Assembly: GCA_047495785.1 (NCBI GenBank)
Contig: JBLDXI010000023.1
Coordinates: forward strand, 1,240,001 to 1,304,000
Length of the DNA stretch: 64,000 bases
Direction: 5' to 3'
Origin: Lepidodermella squamata
Taxonomy: Eukaryota > Animalia > Gastrotricha
The notes beneath the pieces are model-generated. The model was not told the origin of the DNA. It searched no databases and saw only the letters and a list, made by a program, of their open reading frames with translations. The translations under genes were made by a program, and so were the position numbers. Positions within the stretch are counted from its first letter, which is position 1. Each line of letters begins with the position of its first letter. Below, piece by piece: positions 48,501-61,872 of the stretch.

Positions 48501-49346
48501 ATGTTATCCACTCGGGCTGTTTTCTTTGCTTTAGCGATAAGTTCAGTCAGCTGCTGCCCGCACAACAGCGTTGGCTACCTGGCTTCGAACAACACAGATA
48601 ACGCCGGATCAGTGGTCGATGCCAGTGACATACTGTCGTTCTACGAAACTGGTAGTAGCAGCTCTTCAAAGGCGGTTATTATCGCGACCGATGTCTACGG
48701 CTGGAACGGGGGTCGAACGCGGCAAATTGCGGACTACTTCGCTACGAGGGGATTCTACGTCATGGTACCGAAGCTGCTACAACCGCCGTTTGAAGGCGGG
48801 ACTGATGGCGACGGTCTGCCTCCGAATTTTTCATTCAACAGATTCGCTGTTCTCAACGCTTATTTGGCCAACGTTACCTGGGAGGGTATAGTCAGACCTC
48901 GTGTTGAACAAGCAATCGCTAGAGCCAAGTCATTCAGCATTCCGCAAATTGGCATGCTCGGGTTCTGCTGGGGCGGTTGGGTGGTCACAAAAGCTGCCAT
49001 TGATTTTGAAAACGATTTGACAGTCGTGGCCACAGCTCATCCTTCGTTCCAGATTGAGGAGACCAGTTTCAAACGGAACTTGACTCAAATGATAGGCAGG
49101 GTGAAGATTCCGTCGCTTTGGTTGCCGGCTTCGAATGATCCACCCGCACTGCTGGAAAATGGGGCATTGTTCAAAACGCTGAAGCTAAGTAGCCCGGCTT
49201 CTAAGGTTATATTCTTCCCGCGAATGCAACATGGCTGGGTTCCGAGGAGCGACATTACAAACGCGACTATTAAAGCTGATGTTGAGAAGGCCGTTAACGA
49301 TGTTGCTTCCTTTTTCAATGATCTCATGGATTCTGAAGATAAATGA
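48501..49346 (+). CDS. Dienelactone hydrolase (carboxymethylenebutenolidase) family, with signal peptide
   Basis: Intronless 281-aa ORF with DVYG, ADYFA.RGF.V.VP, nucleophile GFCWGG, AHPS, ASND and catalytic-His HGW motifs. Confidence 0.9.
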   Translation: MLSTRAVFFALAISSVSCCPHNSVGYLASNNTDNAGSVVDASDILSFYETGSSSSSKAVIIATDVYGWNGGRTRQIADYFATRGFYVMVPKLLQPPFEGGTDGDGLPPNFSFNRFAVLNAYLANVTWEGIVRPRVEQAIARAKSFSIPQIGMLGFCWGGWVVTKAAIDFENDLTVVATAHPSFQIEETSFKRNLTQMIGRVKIPSLWLPASNDPPALLENGALFKTLKLSSPASKVIFFPRMQHGWVPRSDITNATIKADVEKAVNDVASFFNDLMDSEDK

Positions 49347-49717
49347 ATACTGGAAAAGGGAAAATACTGCGAGCTTCTTCATTTATTTTCACCATTACTT
49401 CGATTATAACAAAATAAAATAAATCGGTGAAACGGTAAATTGAACAACTTTCGTTTTAACATTCCTAGTAGAGGTAACCGAGCTTGAACTGCATTCTGGC
49501 TGGCGGGCGGCTTTGAGACCTTGGAGATGACTAAAAAGAGCGAAAACAAAGATTCTTGTGAGCATAGACGCGACCAAAACAATCGACGCAAGGGAATAGC
49601 ACAGCATTCAGATTACATACTTATCCAGCCATTGCGCCGTGGCCATTTGCGCCCTTAAATTGTTTCATAGCAGAAGTACGGCAAAATCTTGATAATGAAA
49701 AATGAAAAAATCTTGAT

Positions 49718-50073
49718 TTAATCTTCACAAACCATGGTCGGCGACCTATTGCCAGGCAGCTGTAACGTCGCTGCTGCTGGTCGCTCCACTTCGGAAGGAC
49801 CGATAATTTCGCCCCACATTTCGTCAGTTCGTTGCTCGGTTCGCTGTTGTTTACATTGTTGCTGTTGCTGTTGCTCGTAGAAATTGCTGGAATCGATTAC
49901 ATAATAGAATTAAAGCAACTGAGTAGATCGTAACTTCTAACTTACACTTTCGCCCTGAGCTCGGCGTTTTCCGTTGCTAGCAGCAGGTTTTGTTGATGCT
50001 GCTGAACAATCGTGTCCATCAGCCTTTCCATGTGCCTTTCGACCACCTTGCTGAGACCGCCGAAGCAACTCAT
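49718..50073 (-). CDS. Small coiled-coil/Gln-rich protein (family copy 1)
   Basis: MSCFGGLSKVVER...QQHQQNLLLATENAELRAKV, a GTAAGT..CAG intron, then NFYEQQQQQQ...LQLPGNRSPTMVCED-stop. Confidence 0.6.
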
Positions 50074-50813
50074 TGCAACGCGATTGAAAAATCGAGCAAT
50101 AAAAGATTCAAATTTACTAGAAAATAGCAGAGAAATAGCTGAAAATTGTAGCAACACGTGGGCCGCCAAGTCGCGTGGCTTGAATGAACTTGAAGTGTTG
50201 CACCACTATTTGGAAAACGCCGCTCGTGGCTTTCCATCTATCGAGTAAATTTCAAACAATAAGCGATGTAAAGTTACATTGAAAAATGACTCGACAAATG
50301 AGAGACATCATCATGACCTGATTCGTTTGACCCACAATTTTAACGACTAACGACAAAAGGCTAGAAACACCATTCTAAATTTATTCAAAACATATAACAG
50401 CTCTTCCCACTTCGTATCCATCTTCGTCTTCTACTTAGTGAAAATATGAGAAAATTAGTTGAGAGGAAGAAAGCAATCACTTGTTTGAACTCACAAGCTT
50501 TGCAGACAAATCGATTTCGTATATCATGGCACACCCGTTCGCCACGGTCTGCGAGCCAGCTCTGGCGGGCTGCTCGTCGAGCGACTGGGACGCTAAAATT
50601 AAGAACAGCAACAAAATTAGTGAGCATGACACCTAGGCAAGACCGAAACACAAAAGGCAAGCAATAATAACGACAAACAGGTAGAGATAAAATCTACGCA
50701 AGGCAACATCACAACATTCAGATTACAAACTTATCCAGCCGTGGCGCCGTGGCCAATTTCGTCCTTAATTTTTTCAAAGCAGAAGTATGTTGAAACAAGT
50801 TGATAATTCAAAT

Positions 50814-51166
50814 TCAATCTTCACAAACCACGGTGGGCGACCTATTGCCAGGCAGCTGCAACATCGCCACTGCTAGGCGCTCCACTTCGAGTGGGCCGAT
50901 AATTTCGCCCCACATTTCTTCAGTTCCCAGCTGGGTTCGCTGTTCGCCTCGATGCTGTTGCTGTTGCTGTTGCTGTAGCTGTTGCTCGTAGATTGCGCTG
51001 GAATCGATAAAAAAGGTCAAAGTAACTGCTGAGTAGATCGAACTTCTGACTTACAGTTTTGCCTTCGCCACGGCGAGCTCGGCCAAAAGCAAATTTTTCC
51101 ATGAAGATCATCGATCGTTTTCAGTAGCCTTCCGACTATCTTGTTGTTAGTGCCAAAGCAATACAT
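50814..51166 (-). pseudogene. Family copy 2, frameshifted in exon 1
   Basis: MYCFGTNNKIVGRLL with the same intron position and an AIYEQQ...RSPTVVCED exon, but exon 1 is out of phase by one base. Confidence 0.5.
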
Positions 51167-54017
51167 TGCAAATTGCAACGCGATTGATAAAATCGAGCAA
51201 TAGAAGATTCAAAATGACTAGAAAATGGCAGAGAAATGCTGGTTAGCTGAAATTTTAGCAACACGTAGGCGCCTATATAGCCACCAAATCGCGTGGCTTG
51301 AACGAACGCCAATTGTTGCACCATTATTTGAAGGCTCGTGCCTTTCCATTAAATCGAGTGGATTTCTAACAATAATAACAACCTAGATTGAAGAGGAAAC
51401 GAGCTAGATTGAACGAGCTTTTTCAGCTTTTCATCTCGTGGCAAAGAACACTGCCTCAAAGCTGAGGCGTTGCATTTTTCATGGATTTTTATTTGAGATG
51501 AAACTAGATGATGCTAGAAGAAGAACTAGAAGAAGAAACAAATATCGAGCCTTCATACATTAGGCTGATGTGCTTTTCCTGTCTCGCCACCAGCCGACTT
51601 TACCGCTTTGGCTTGAACCACCTACTTCCATTTAGCTTGTTCAAAATTCAAATTTCGGCCTCGCTGTGGCTTGTTGTTGTTTCTAAAATCAGAGAAATAT
51701 TGAATTATGCAACGTCGAAGAAATAGGTTAGTAACTTACCGCTGGTTTTGCAGTTCAGCTACTTGCGCTTTCAGGACAGCGAGCTGAGCCGCATTCGCAG
51801 CGATTTGCGCCGCTATCATAGCGATTTGCTCCCGTTGAAGGCAAATTTCGGCTCGGCAGCTGCAATGGAGACAGCGGTGAAGACAGCTCTTGATTTTGTC
51901 GATGATTTTTGAAAAAGAACGGCGGTTGTTTAACCGGCTCGCTGAACTTTTATCAACACGGAGGCGCCTATAAAGCCACGAAATCACGTGGTTTGAATGA
52001 ACTTTAAGTGTTGCACCATTATTTGGAAAACGCCGCTCGTGGCTTTCCATCAATCGAGTGGATTTCAAACAATAATAGCAACCTGGATTGAACAGGAAAA
52101 AACTAGCTTTTAATCTCGTGGCGAAGAACACTGCCTTAAAGCTGAGGCATTCATGGATTTTATGGTGAAATTAAAATGGAACATGAAGTCTAATATTAAG
52201 CCTTTATAGATTAGGCCGATGTGCTTTCTCTCTCGGTGCGCGATTTTGTTTACTAGAATAAGCTATATAGCACTCTGCTATGAATAGTTCCTGTGTTGTG
52301 CATCAGAGGTGCGGGAAATGTATACAAACAATCAATATTTTATCGATTTGCCTTGTTGCCAAATGAAACGCTATACATGTATTATGCTATTGCCTTCATC
52401 ACGGTCGTGGTGAAAGCGATGTAAAATTACATTGAGAAATGCGATGAGAGACATGGACACATTCAATACTCAATCAAAAATTGAATAAAATAAGAATTCA
52501 AACACGGACGAAGAAGCGGTATATCTGTGTGTCATCAAGCGTGACAACCGGAATAATAGAAGGCAGGCCTTGAATTGAGGGCAGGGGCTGCGGGGCGTTT
52601 GAAAATTAGAAGACGGTGCCTTAATACAATTTGGCAGGAACTCATATTTTAGGACTGAAACTCATATTTCTTTGCTGAAGCTCACCCAAATGGGACATAT
52701 TTCAGACAGGCCTACATTTTTGATCATTTTTAGACTATTTCTGAATACAAACCCCGAAAAATAGCGTTAGCTAAGCTCGCTTCGCTCGCGTAAAAAGATA
52801 TACTGATGTTCAAATGAGAAGCGGAGTGAAAAAGAGGATAGGCAGCAGAAAGGCTGCAATTAATAGGCGGAAACCTGTCAACGAATAGGGCCGAAAGCTA
52901 TACCTATGCGAGCGGAGCGAGCGAAATGTTTTTTGGGCATCCCCTTTTCAGTGAAAATCCTACTTCCTTCACTGAATTTCAAATTCTGCATCGATCCCAT
53001 TCTGGAATCTGAGGTGGGCGAATTGCGATGCAGGCTCTCAAAAATGTTTAACCTGTGATTTTCAGGGACATTTTAATGATACAGCTTCAGATGGTTGAAT
53101 AGAGCGTGAGCTACTGCCTGCTTTTATGACCACGGTTCATAAACAGCCGATGAAAACTGTATTTGCAACGTCAGGACAAAGTGAGAGCTAAAACTGGATT
53201 ATTTTTTAAAATTATCTTGAAAACGGAGGATTTTTAAATGGAAAATTCGACTAATTTTCTCAATATTGAAATGGCTCGAGTGTCCAGTCTCTTATTATTT
53301 TTACAGAGTGGTTACAATTAACAACTTATAATTTCTTTACATCTGGATTTTCGATAAACAGACGTACTTCGACGTTGTAAAAAAAAACCATATTCCCGGC
53401 GCATCACACAATGGCCAGTCTTAGGCTAAGTTTGTATCGGCTGGCGTATTATCATAATTCAGCTAAACGGCGCTCTATTTTTTCTGATATTCTTGGCGGT
53501 TCTGAATTCTTCGATCATGATTCCCAAATTGTAATTGGGACTTTTCAGAGCCGAAAGAACTCGGATTCTCACCTTCGTCATTTCAATTTTCGATACTCGA
53601 AAAATTCAAAAATAAATCGCGTTAAGCGGAAAAAATAAGCATCATTTTATTTTTGATCCTCGCAGAGCTCTGCCCAAACATGGAAATAAATAAACAAAAT
53701 GGATGAAATCCCGCTAGTGAAAACATCAACAAAAATTAAAATGTGAACATTCACCATATAATATATTGACAATTTATTCAATATGTATATTCAAATAATG
53801 ATGAACGTCGCCGTGTACCAGCTGCTCAAACTCAGCTGATCAGCATCCGAGGTTGGTTGAGATTTTATCGTTGCGCAGCGGGAGTGGTGTTTCTACGCCA
53901 CCTGAAAAATAACGAAAACCAATTTTTAGAAAATTTGAAATTTTTTAAAAATTGTGAAATAAAATTTGAAAACAATGAGAGAATTTCAAATTTTAAATGA
54001 AATTGAGAATCGTCCTT

Positions 54018-54890
54018 TGGAAAGATACTTTAATCCGCAGCAATTTTTTTCTTTTCGCAGCAAATTTTTTCTTTCAGCAGCAATTTTTTTTCTCGCAGTA
54101 TCCCTTTCTTTTCGCAGCAAATCAACGTTCCGCAGTAAACGCTAAATGAGTAACTAATTGAAATAATCTAGCCACCAAACTATATTAAGGCTATTATTCA
54201 ATATTTAAAATCACGCAAGGTGATTGTAGCGATCACGCGCCCAAACGTTGACGCGACTTGAGGGAGTGGAACGACTGCTTTAGGTCGTTAAAAAAATATT
54301 TTAAACATCGCGACTTGATTAACCGTCAAACTTAATTACTGAAAACTGAAATGGAAGAGCTTACAATTGTTGATGGAGACGGCATAAAAATTCATACGAT
54401 GGGAGGCAGCGAATGGTCGAGGGTCAAATGTTTCTTACTATCCCGTGAAGAAATGCCCCAAAAACCTTTAAGAAATAGCCCCACAATGTTTCTCGCTGGG
54501 CAAATCTTAATGCTGTACGAAATTTCATTTAATTCAATACCTATCAATTTTATTCAGTTATTTAACTGTTTAGGGTTAGGTTAGGGTTAGGGTTAGGTTA
54601 GGTTTAGAGGCTGGTAGAGGCAGGCTTAAAATCGGGGACTTTGAACGGATTCGTATATTTTGGTATGAGGATATTTCAAGGCTCTAACCTGTCCTAGATT
54701 TTCATTTTCGTTTGCTATTATTAATATTCCACGTTCTTTTCCAGTTTTGGCTAATAATAATAAATTGCTGCGGAAAAAACGTTGATTTGCTGCGAAAATA
54801 AAGCGATACTGCGAGAAAAATAAATTGCTGCGGAAAGAACAAATTTGCTACGAAAAGAAACAAAATACTGCGGAAAGAAGTACCGTCCAT
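54018..54890. mobile_element. Foldback-like element with tandemly modular inverted arms
   Basis: (C/T)CGCAGCAA(A/T)TTT units of about 21 bp at 54036-54137 are mirrored at 54762-54875. Internal GGTTAG/GTTAG run at 54572-54607. Confidence 0.65.
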
Positions 54891-56845
54891 TTCTTAAATA
54901 CCTTTTTTTTATTTTGAATTTTGAATTGGATTTTGAATTTTGAATTTTGAATAAAAATAAAAAAATTGAAAAATCTCAAAAAAATGAAAAAATTGAAAAA
55001 TTCTCATAAAAAATGAAAATGAACTGCAATTGAAGTCGATGATTGATTTGAGAGTTTGAATTTTACGGAATAAAGAGGCGACGTTGCCGAGCAAGCTCAA
55101 TTTTTCCGTAGCATAAGGATATTGAATAACTTGATAATTAAAAATTAAATATTCACAAACCATGCTTGGAGGCTTTCGAGTCGATGGCGAAGTTCGAGTC
55201 GAAGTTCGCTACTGGTCGACTTTGCCGTACGGAGTAACGATTCCTCTCCATTGTTATTTCAGCGGATTTGGGTTTGATCGTAGTCTCCAGTTTATTTAAA
55301 CAACTCGTCGCTTTTCTAAAATTAGAGAAAAATTGAATTTTGCTACGTTTGAAGAAATAGATTCGTAACTTACGGCTGGCCTCGCAGCAATAATAACGAT
55401 GAAAACTTATCCAGCCATGCCGCCGTGGCCAATTTCCCCCTTAATTGTTTTCATAGCAGAAGTGAAACAAATTGATAATTCAAATTCAATCTTCACAAAC
55501 CATTGTAGGCGACCTATTGCCAGGCAGCTGCGACGTCGCCACTGCTGGTCGCTCCACTTACAAAGGGCCGAGCCAAAGGATCCAGCCATGGCGCCGTGGC
55601 TAATGTCGCCCTTCAATTTTCACAGCAGAAGTAGGATGAAATAACTTGATAATGGAAATTTTAATATTCACAAACCAGAGATCTGTTGCCGGTGGTAGCC
55701 TTCGCTGGACAGCTCTTGGACGCGGCAGATTTGTTGCTGGTCGCAAAAGCAACTCGACTGCGTTGCAGCTGCGCCTCGACCTCGAGATCGAGGCTTCTCC
55801 ATTTCCTCAATATTGTCGGGCTTTGCAGCCTATCGACAATTCGCTGTGTTGCTACACTGAAATTAGAGAAAATACAACTTCGCTCGAAGAAAAAATAGAT
55901 TCGTAACTTACAGCTCGCCTCGCAGCTCAGCCACCTGCGCCTGTAGAAGCCTCGGGAGCCGCAATGCAGAAAACAGTGCGCAGACATCTCATGATTTTGT
56001 CGATGATTTTCAAATTCAAATAATGACATGGGATCCTAAGAAAAAATATTGTTAAATTGCAAATAAAATGCAAAGTGTCAGACGGCAATAAAATTAAGAA
56101 ATTGCGGGCGAGATTTCTTGCACTTTTTATTACTTGAAGAACGCGTGCGTTCATCTAAATCGCATTCATCTATTACGAACGCGTGCTCTAATTTGTTTGT
56201 GAGCGTAAAATCTCATTCATAAAACAGCAACGCACAGCAATAATTTTTATTACGATAGCAAAACACGACACGCAAAACGGTGGCGAAGATGTTAGCCAGG
56301 TCGGTGGCTTTGCATCAGGTGATCAAGCTTTGCAACACAAACTGATAAAAATGCGCAGGTTGTCGTGTAAAATTCCTCGTCTTCACAGCTTTCGAATGGC
56401 GCTACGCCAAGGGCAATCGAAGAAATACTCGAATTTTAAGAAAAATTCAAAGCAGAACAACTCAGAAGTCAATTTCAGAACTCCTTGAATCTGTCTAACA
56501 AACAGTCATTTTGGCACGGGAATCGAGCGACAGAATTAAAATAAATTGACGATATGACGATTGGTTGTTAGCAGGTTCAGTCGGCTTAATTTCGGACTGT
56601 ATAAAAATGCGAAACGTATTTTTCCTCAATTTCTTCCGAAAATAAATTTCCCTGATTTTTTTTCGAAATTCGACCCAAGGGTCAAAAAAACCTTAAAAAC
56701 CCGAAAATCAGTATGCAAAATAAAGTGAAAACTTCCAGCTAATTGTCTAACCTAATTCGAAAAAATTTCGATTGCCAAAATTCTGGTAAAAATCGTGAGA
56801 TCAGCAAAATTTGCAGAAAAATTGAGAACAACTCTGAATTTTATT

Positions 56846-56976
56846 TCCGACACTAATAGAAATCATCTTCAGGGAGATGGTTTAGGCGTAAAATCATATT
56901 AAATTAGAATCTTAAGGCGGATATTTCAAATTATGATTATTGATTATTTCTGTGAGAAATCGAAACGTCGGAAATA
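56846..56976. mobile_element. Two broken, inverted halves of the hammerhead/pLTR family seen at 601-639
   Basis: TCCGAC...AGAAATCATCTTCAGGGA (minus-strand copy with GAAA box deleted) and ATTTCTGTGAGAAATCGAAACGTCGGA (plus-strand copy lacking CTGANGA). Confidence 0.6.
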
Positions 56977-58602
56977 TAAACTGTTAGCGCTAAATTTCAT
57001 CAATCGTTTTTACTCCAAAAACTGATTATCAAATTCTGAATTTCCGACTGATTTCAAGATGATAATAATTTCGCAGAGCTGGAAATTCTAGGCGAGGCAA
57101 TTAGTAGTGATGTTCTAGCAGTGGCCAGAAACTTGCAGCAGAAAATTAAACTGAAAAGAGGTAGATAAACGTGGATGAAGAATCACTCGAAAATAACAAA
57201 ATTCCTGAGATCGTTCAAATTAACCGGCACTGTAAAAAAGTTCGCAGTTAAGCCGCTAATTAACTGGCTTTTACTCGGGCAATTAGGGACATGGGAGCCT
57301 CCTATATGTAGCCTAAAAATTTTAATCGAGGCTTCAAATTACCGAAAAATAAAATTCGCGACCATATACACCAAATTTTGGGTTAAAATTATAAAAAGCC
57401 GGTTTTCTTAGTCATCTTTTTTGAACACTCTAAACCCAATTTTGCCCTACGTCACTAAGGACAAATAAACCCCGATTATTCTAAATAGATTTCTAGTAGT
57501 TAGCGATTCGAATTTTTTTATTTTTTATTCTAAATAACCGGCCGTACTAAATGCCAAGTGCTAAATAGGGAACTTTTTTTTACAGTGGGGACAAAAATTG
57601 GTTATAATATTCAAGATTCATACATTCGCTTATCAATCGCATAATAATTAATAATTAATAATAGTGGAAATGATTTTCTTTGAAAAACGAGCTCGTTTAT
57701 GCGAGTCTCAGCTGTCGGAAGAAATAAGTGACAACAAATATTTCAATTATTTTAATTTTCTAATTCGAGTGGGTATATCGACTGCGGCATTTTTCATGAA
57801 TTTCATGAATTTTTTATGCAGAGTCTTCAATAATTGTTAGCAAAATTTAGAAAAATTTTTTATTTTAGAAAAATTAAGAATTTAATTTGCCAACATTTTC
57901 TGGTCGATACAAATCACTATAAAATTCGGATAATAAGAAATTTAGAATTTGGAAAATAAAATTCAACAAAAACTTAAATTAAGAAAACCAGTGAAAAGGG
58001 CCCTCCTGTCATTGGGAAAGATAATTCTAGTGAAAAAATTAGAACAGGAATTAAAACACATAATTCTTGTCATATGGCTGGCCCTGCGGTTTCACCTAGC
58101 GGCAAAATTTCGATCTATTAACATTAAAAATCCCAGATTTTTCGTTGAAATGACATATCGCAATGCAGGCTTTTCATTTTCTGCTGCTTTTTACGAATAA
58201 TTCGTAGAATATTTATGAAAAATTAATTATTGAGCGCAGTAAATTTTTCTAGGGCAAGAAGATTTTTTTAGCGAATGATTGGGCGAGGGCGAGGGGGCAA
58301 TAAACGTCGCGCGTGCGCAATTTTTTGCCAATCATTGGCGTCGCAAGTCTATCGTCTATCGTCTTACAAGTTGGATACAATTATGACGACGCGACAACCG
58401 CCGATGAAAATAAAACTGTCGTTAATTTTGTAAATCATTTTTAAGGAGGAATGATTTTATCACGCGGCGCGGCGAAGAAAGCAAAAAATGCTTGAATCAT
58501 TTTAGAGCACGCGCATTCATTAAATTTATGATGACGTGCGTGAATGCGTGACCTATCGTGGTCGGCTTAATTATTCTATTCGTTTATCCATACATTCATC
58601 AA

Positions 58603-60170
58603 CATGACCTGATTCGTTTGACCCTCAATTTTAACGAGTAATCTCGTAGCAAAATTACACAAAAGGCTAGAAACACCAAGCAAAACATTTCATTTATTTC
58701 ATTAATTTGCTCGGCTTCTCCTTCTTCTCCTTCTTCTTATTCACCTTCGTCTTCTACCTAGTGATTATAGGAGAAAATTAGTTGAGTCGAAGAAATCAAT
58801 CACATGTTTGAAACTCACTCATAGGCCTTGCGGCACAATGCCTGGAGAATATAAACTCAGGTTTGTTTGAATGTTTCTTTGTGGAGTTTGCTCGGGAAGA
58901 CCCGGCGACCTGCCTCGACGCTAAAAAAAGGAGAACAACAAAATTAGTGAGCATGACACCTCTAGGCAAGACGGAAACATAAAAGCAAGCAATAATAACG
59001 ACAAACAGGTAGAGATAAAATCTACGCAAGGCAACAGCACAACATTCAGATTACAAACTTATCCAGCCATGGCGCCGTGGCTAATTTCCTCCTTAATTGT
59101 TTTCATAGCAGAATTATAGTGAAACAAATTGATAATTTAAAAATCAATCTTCACAAACCATGGTGGGCGACCTATTGACAGGCAGCTGCAACGCGGGCAC
59201 TGCTGGGCGTTCAATTTCCACATCAACCACGATTTCGCGCCACATTTCATTAGTTCGCAGATCGGTTCGCTGTTCGCCTTGTCGCTGTTGCTGTTCGCCT
59301 TGTTGCTGTTGCTGTTCGCCTTGTTGCTGTTGCTGTACGCCTTGTTGCTGTTGCTGTACGCCTTGTTGCTGTTGCTGTTGCTGTTGCTCGTAGATTGCGC
59401 TGGAATCGATTACAAAATAGAATTAATCTAAAAGCAACTGGGTAGGTCGTAACTTCTAACTTACACTTTCGCCCTGAGCTCGGCGTTTTCCGTTGCCAGC
59501 AGCAGGTTTTGCTGATGCTGCTGAACAATCGTGTCCATCTGCCTTTCGAAGTGTGCCAGTAGCCTTTCGACCACCTTGTACATATTGCCGAAGCAACCCA
59601 TTGATACAGGTTAAAAAATCGAGCAATAAAAAATTCAAAATTACTAGAAAATATCAGAGAAATAGCTGGAAATTTTAGCAACACGTAGGCGCCTATATAG
59701 CCACAAAGTCGCGTGGCTTGAATGAACGCCAATTGTTGCACCATTATTTGGAAAACGCCGCTCGTGCCTTTCCATCAATCGAGTGAATTTCAAACAATAA
59801 TAAAAACCTGGATTGAACAGGAAAAAAACTAGCTTTTTCAGCTTTTTATCTCGTGGCGAAGAACACTGGCTTAAAGCTGAGGCGTTTCATTTTTCATGGA
59901 TTTTTATTTGAAATAATATAAAAATAGAACATGCAGTCTAATATCGAGCCTTTATACATTAGGCCGATGTGCTTTCTCTCTCTCTCGGTGCGACATTTTG
60001 TTTACTAGAATAAGCTATGAATAGTTTCTGTACTGTGCATCGGCGGTGCGGGAAATTTATACAAACAATCAATATTTATCGATTTATGCGCCGTGCCTTG
60101 ATGCCAGATGAATGAGCGCAATATAATGCTATAGCCTTCATAACGGTGCCGCGCTGCAAGCGACGTAAAC
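58603..60170. repeat. Most complete copy of the duplicated gene-bearing segment
   Basis: Begins CATGACCTGATTCGTTTGACC, as at 50312, and matches 50312-51590 and 51990-52425. Confidence 0.85.
59144..59601 (-). CDS. Small coiled-coil/Gln-rich protein (family copy 3), 130 aa
   Basis: Exons 59601-59465 and 59399-59144 (65-nt intron, phase 2). Starts MGCFG and has G(V/E)QQQQQ repeats encoded by a 21-bp minisatellite. Confidence 0.65.
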
Positions 60171-61554
60171 CCTGTCGGAAATCTATACGCCAACTAAGGC
60201 TAAAATTAGGGTTCAAAAATCGACTTAAAACTCTTCGCAACTGCTCTTCGCAACTATTTCTTAGTCCCGAAATAAGACATTAAATCCACATTAATACTTT
60301 TTATTTCATAAATTGAACGATTTCAAATTGTTTTCACAAGTTTTTATATAAAAAGGTGAATAAAAACAACAGTCAATAGTTGGGCATCAAAGCCTGTTGC
60401 ATAATGTTCTTGCTCCGATTAGCCGCTCGTTGCCATCGCTGTTGAAGAACAGAAGCCTTGAGATGCTTGGTAACCATATCCGTATCGCTCCACTGCTAGA
60501 TGCCAATCGAGCCATTCTGAGCCAATCTGAAATAAACCGGAATTAATTCGAGTGAATTGTCAAACAATGAGAAAATAACTTCCTGCAAAAAGTGTTCGAA
60601 AAATTTCTTTCTTAATTTAATTGAAATTTAAAAGAAGAAAAATTGACAAAAAATGACAAAACCGAAAAAATATTCGAACTCAGAATTTTTAAAATATTCC
60701 CGACAAAATCGCAACATTTTGAGTTTGATAATTTCCTGAAATTTATAAGCATCGCCTTACTTCAATTAGAAGATCGCCATGGCTTGATAGCTCGGAAAAA
60801 CACGAGATTGGTTCGCCATCTTCGCTAACGCCACTCGTCACTGAATGGCAGCACCATTCTAAAATAAAAATATAAAACTCATGCCAATTTAATAACTGCA
60901 ACGAAGTCTCACCTGATTTTCAATCGATTTCGGACGAATTTGATCGATTCGGTAAAAACTGATAAATTAAAAATGATTTTTTTGTAAGCAGAAGTTTTAA
61001 TTGAGCAAATTCTCACCTTAAAATTCAAACAATAAGAAATGAACTTCGAGTAAAAATGAGAAATAATTTGACTTTTATTTTTAAAAGCTAAATTTGAATG
61101 AGAAAAAATTGAAAAATATTGAAAAATTGAAACCGAAAAATATTTGACATGATTTCTTTTAAATTTCGTAAATTTTTAATTATTTTTCTAAAATTCCAAA
61201 AATATTTTGAAGCCCCTCTAAAATTTCCCCTAAATTTTCAATATTTTTTAAAGTTTCGATTGCAGAAGTATATGTAGTAAAAACATTTCTGGCGATTTTT
61301 TAAAAATTATTCTGATTATTCTGAAGTCTGTTAATATCGATAGGCTCCACAGCTTCTCTACTACCAACTACCGCCTCATCTTATCCTCATTATTTGAACG
61401 ATTTTAGAGTTTTTCGGAATCACGCTTTTGTATGAATTTGACATTAGGCTAGTAGAGAAATTCGCCGCAGTTCCTTGATTTTTTTCAATTTTTCAATATT
61501 TTTACTCAGACACAGTTTTTTCGCATTGACAATTGCCTAGTGGCAAATCCAATC

Positions 61555-61872
61555 GGGTGTGACTTTCTTCATCCGACCCATGTCTTATTTCATCCGACAA
61601 CCGAATATTTTACTTAAATCATTCGACATGAAAATATCGATTTTCTCAATTTTCCTAAGCTTGATTTTTCGCCAGGGTCATACCCCTTTCATGCACCATT
61701 TTTTTGGCCATTGAACCGGCAGAATTTTATGTTGAAAGATTTATATCTGAGCAGTCATTCAATTTTTTACTGTAATTTTTTGAAACTATGAAAAAGCAGG
61801 TCGGCAGGTTTTAGGCACATTTTTTGTTGTCGGATGTAATGAGACATTTGTCGGATGAAAAACGTTTTCCCC
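61555..61872. mobile_element. MULE-like MITE
   Basis: GGG-terminal imperfect TIRs of about 45 bp (TTCATCCGAC repeats). Flanks ATCCAATC / ATCTAATC. Confidence 0.6.

Larger units (their letters stand above)
49530..52440. repeat. Tandem, partly rearranged copies of a 1.3-1.6-kb gene-bearing segment
   Basis: Blocks at about 49530-50290, 50312-51590 and 51930-52440 are each collinear with parts of 58603-60170. Partial copies at 55408-55680. Confidence 0.85.

Noticed and set aside
54572-54607. TTAGGG-like run as a telomere or fusion scar
   Set aside because: Too short and degenerate, and lies inside an inverted-repeat element.
59160-59393. Poly-Cys metallothionein-like ORF (and the similar ORF at 50800-50991)
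   Set aside because: Reverse complement of the CAG/CAA Gln repeats; splice signals support the minus strand.
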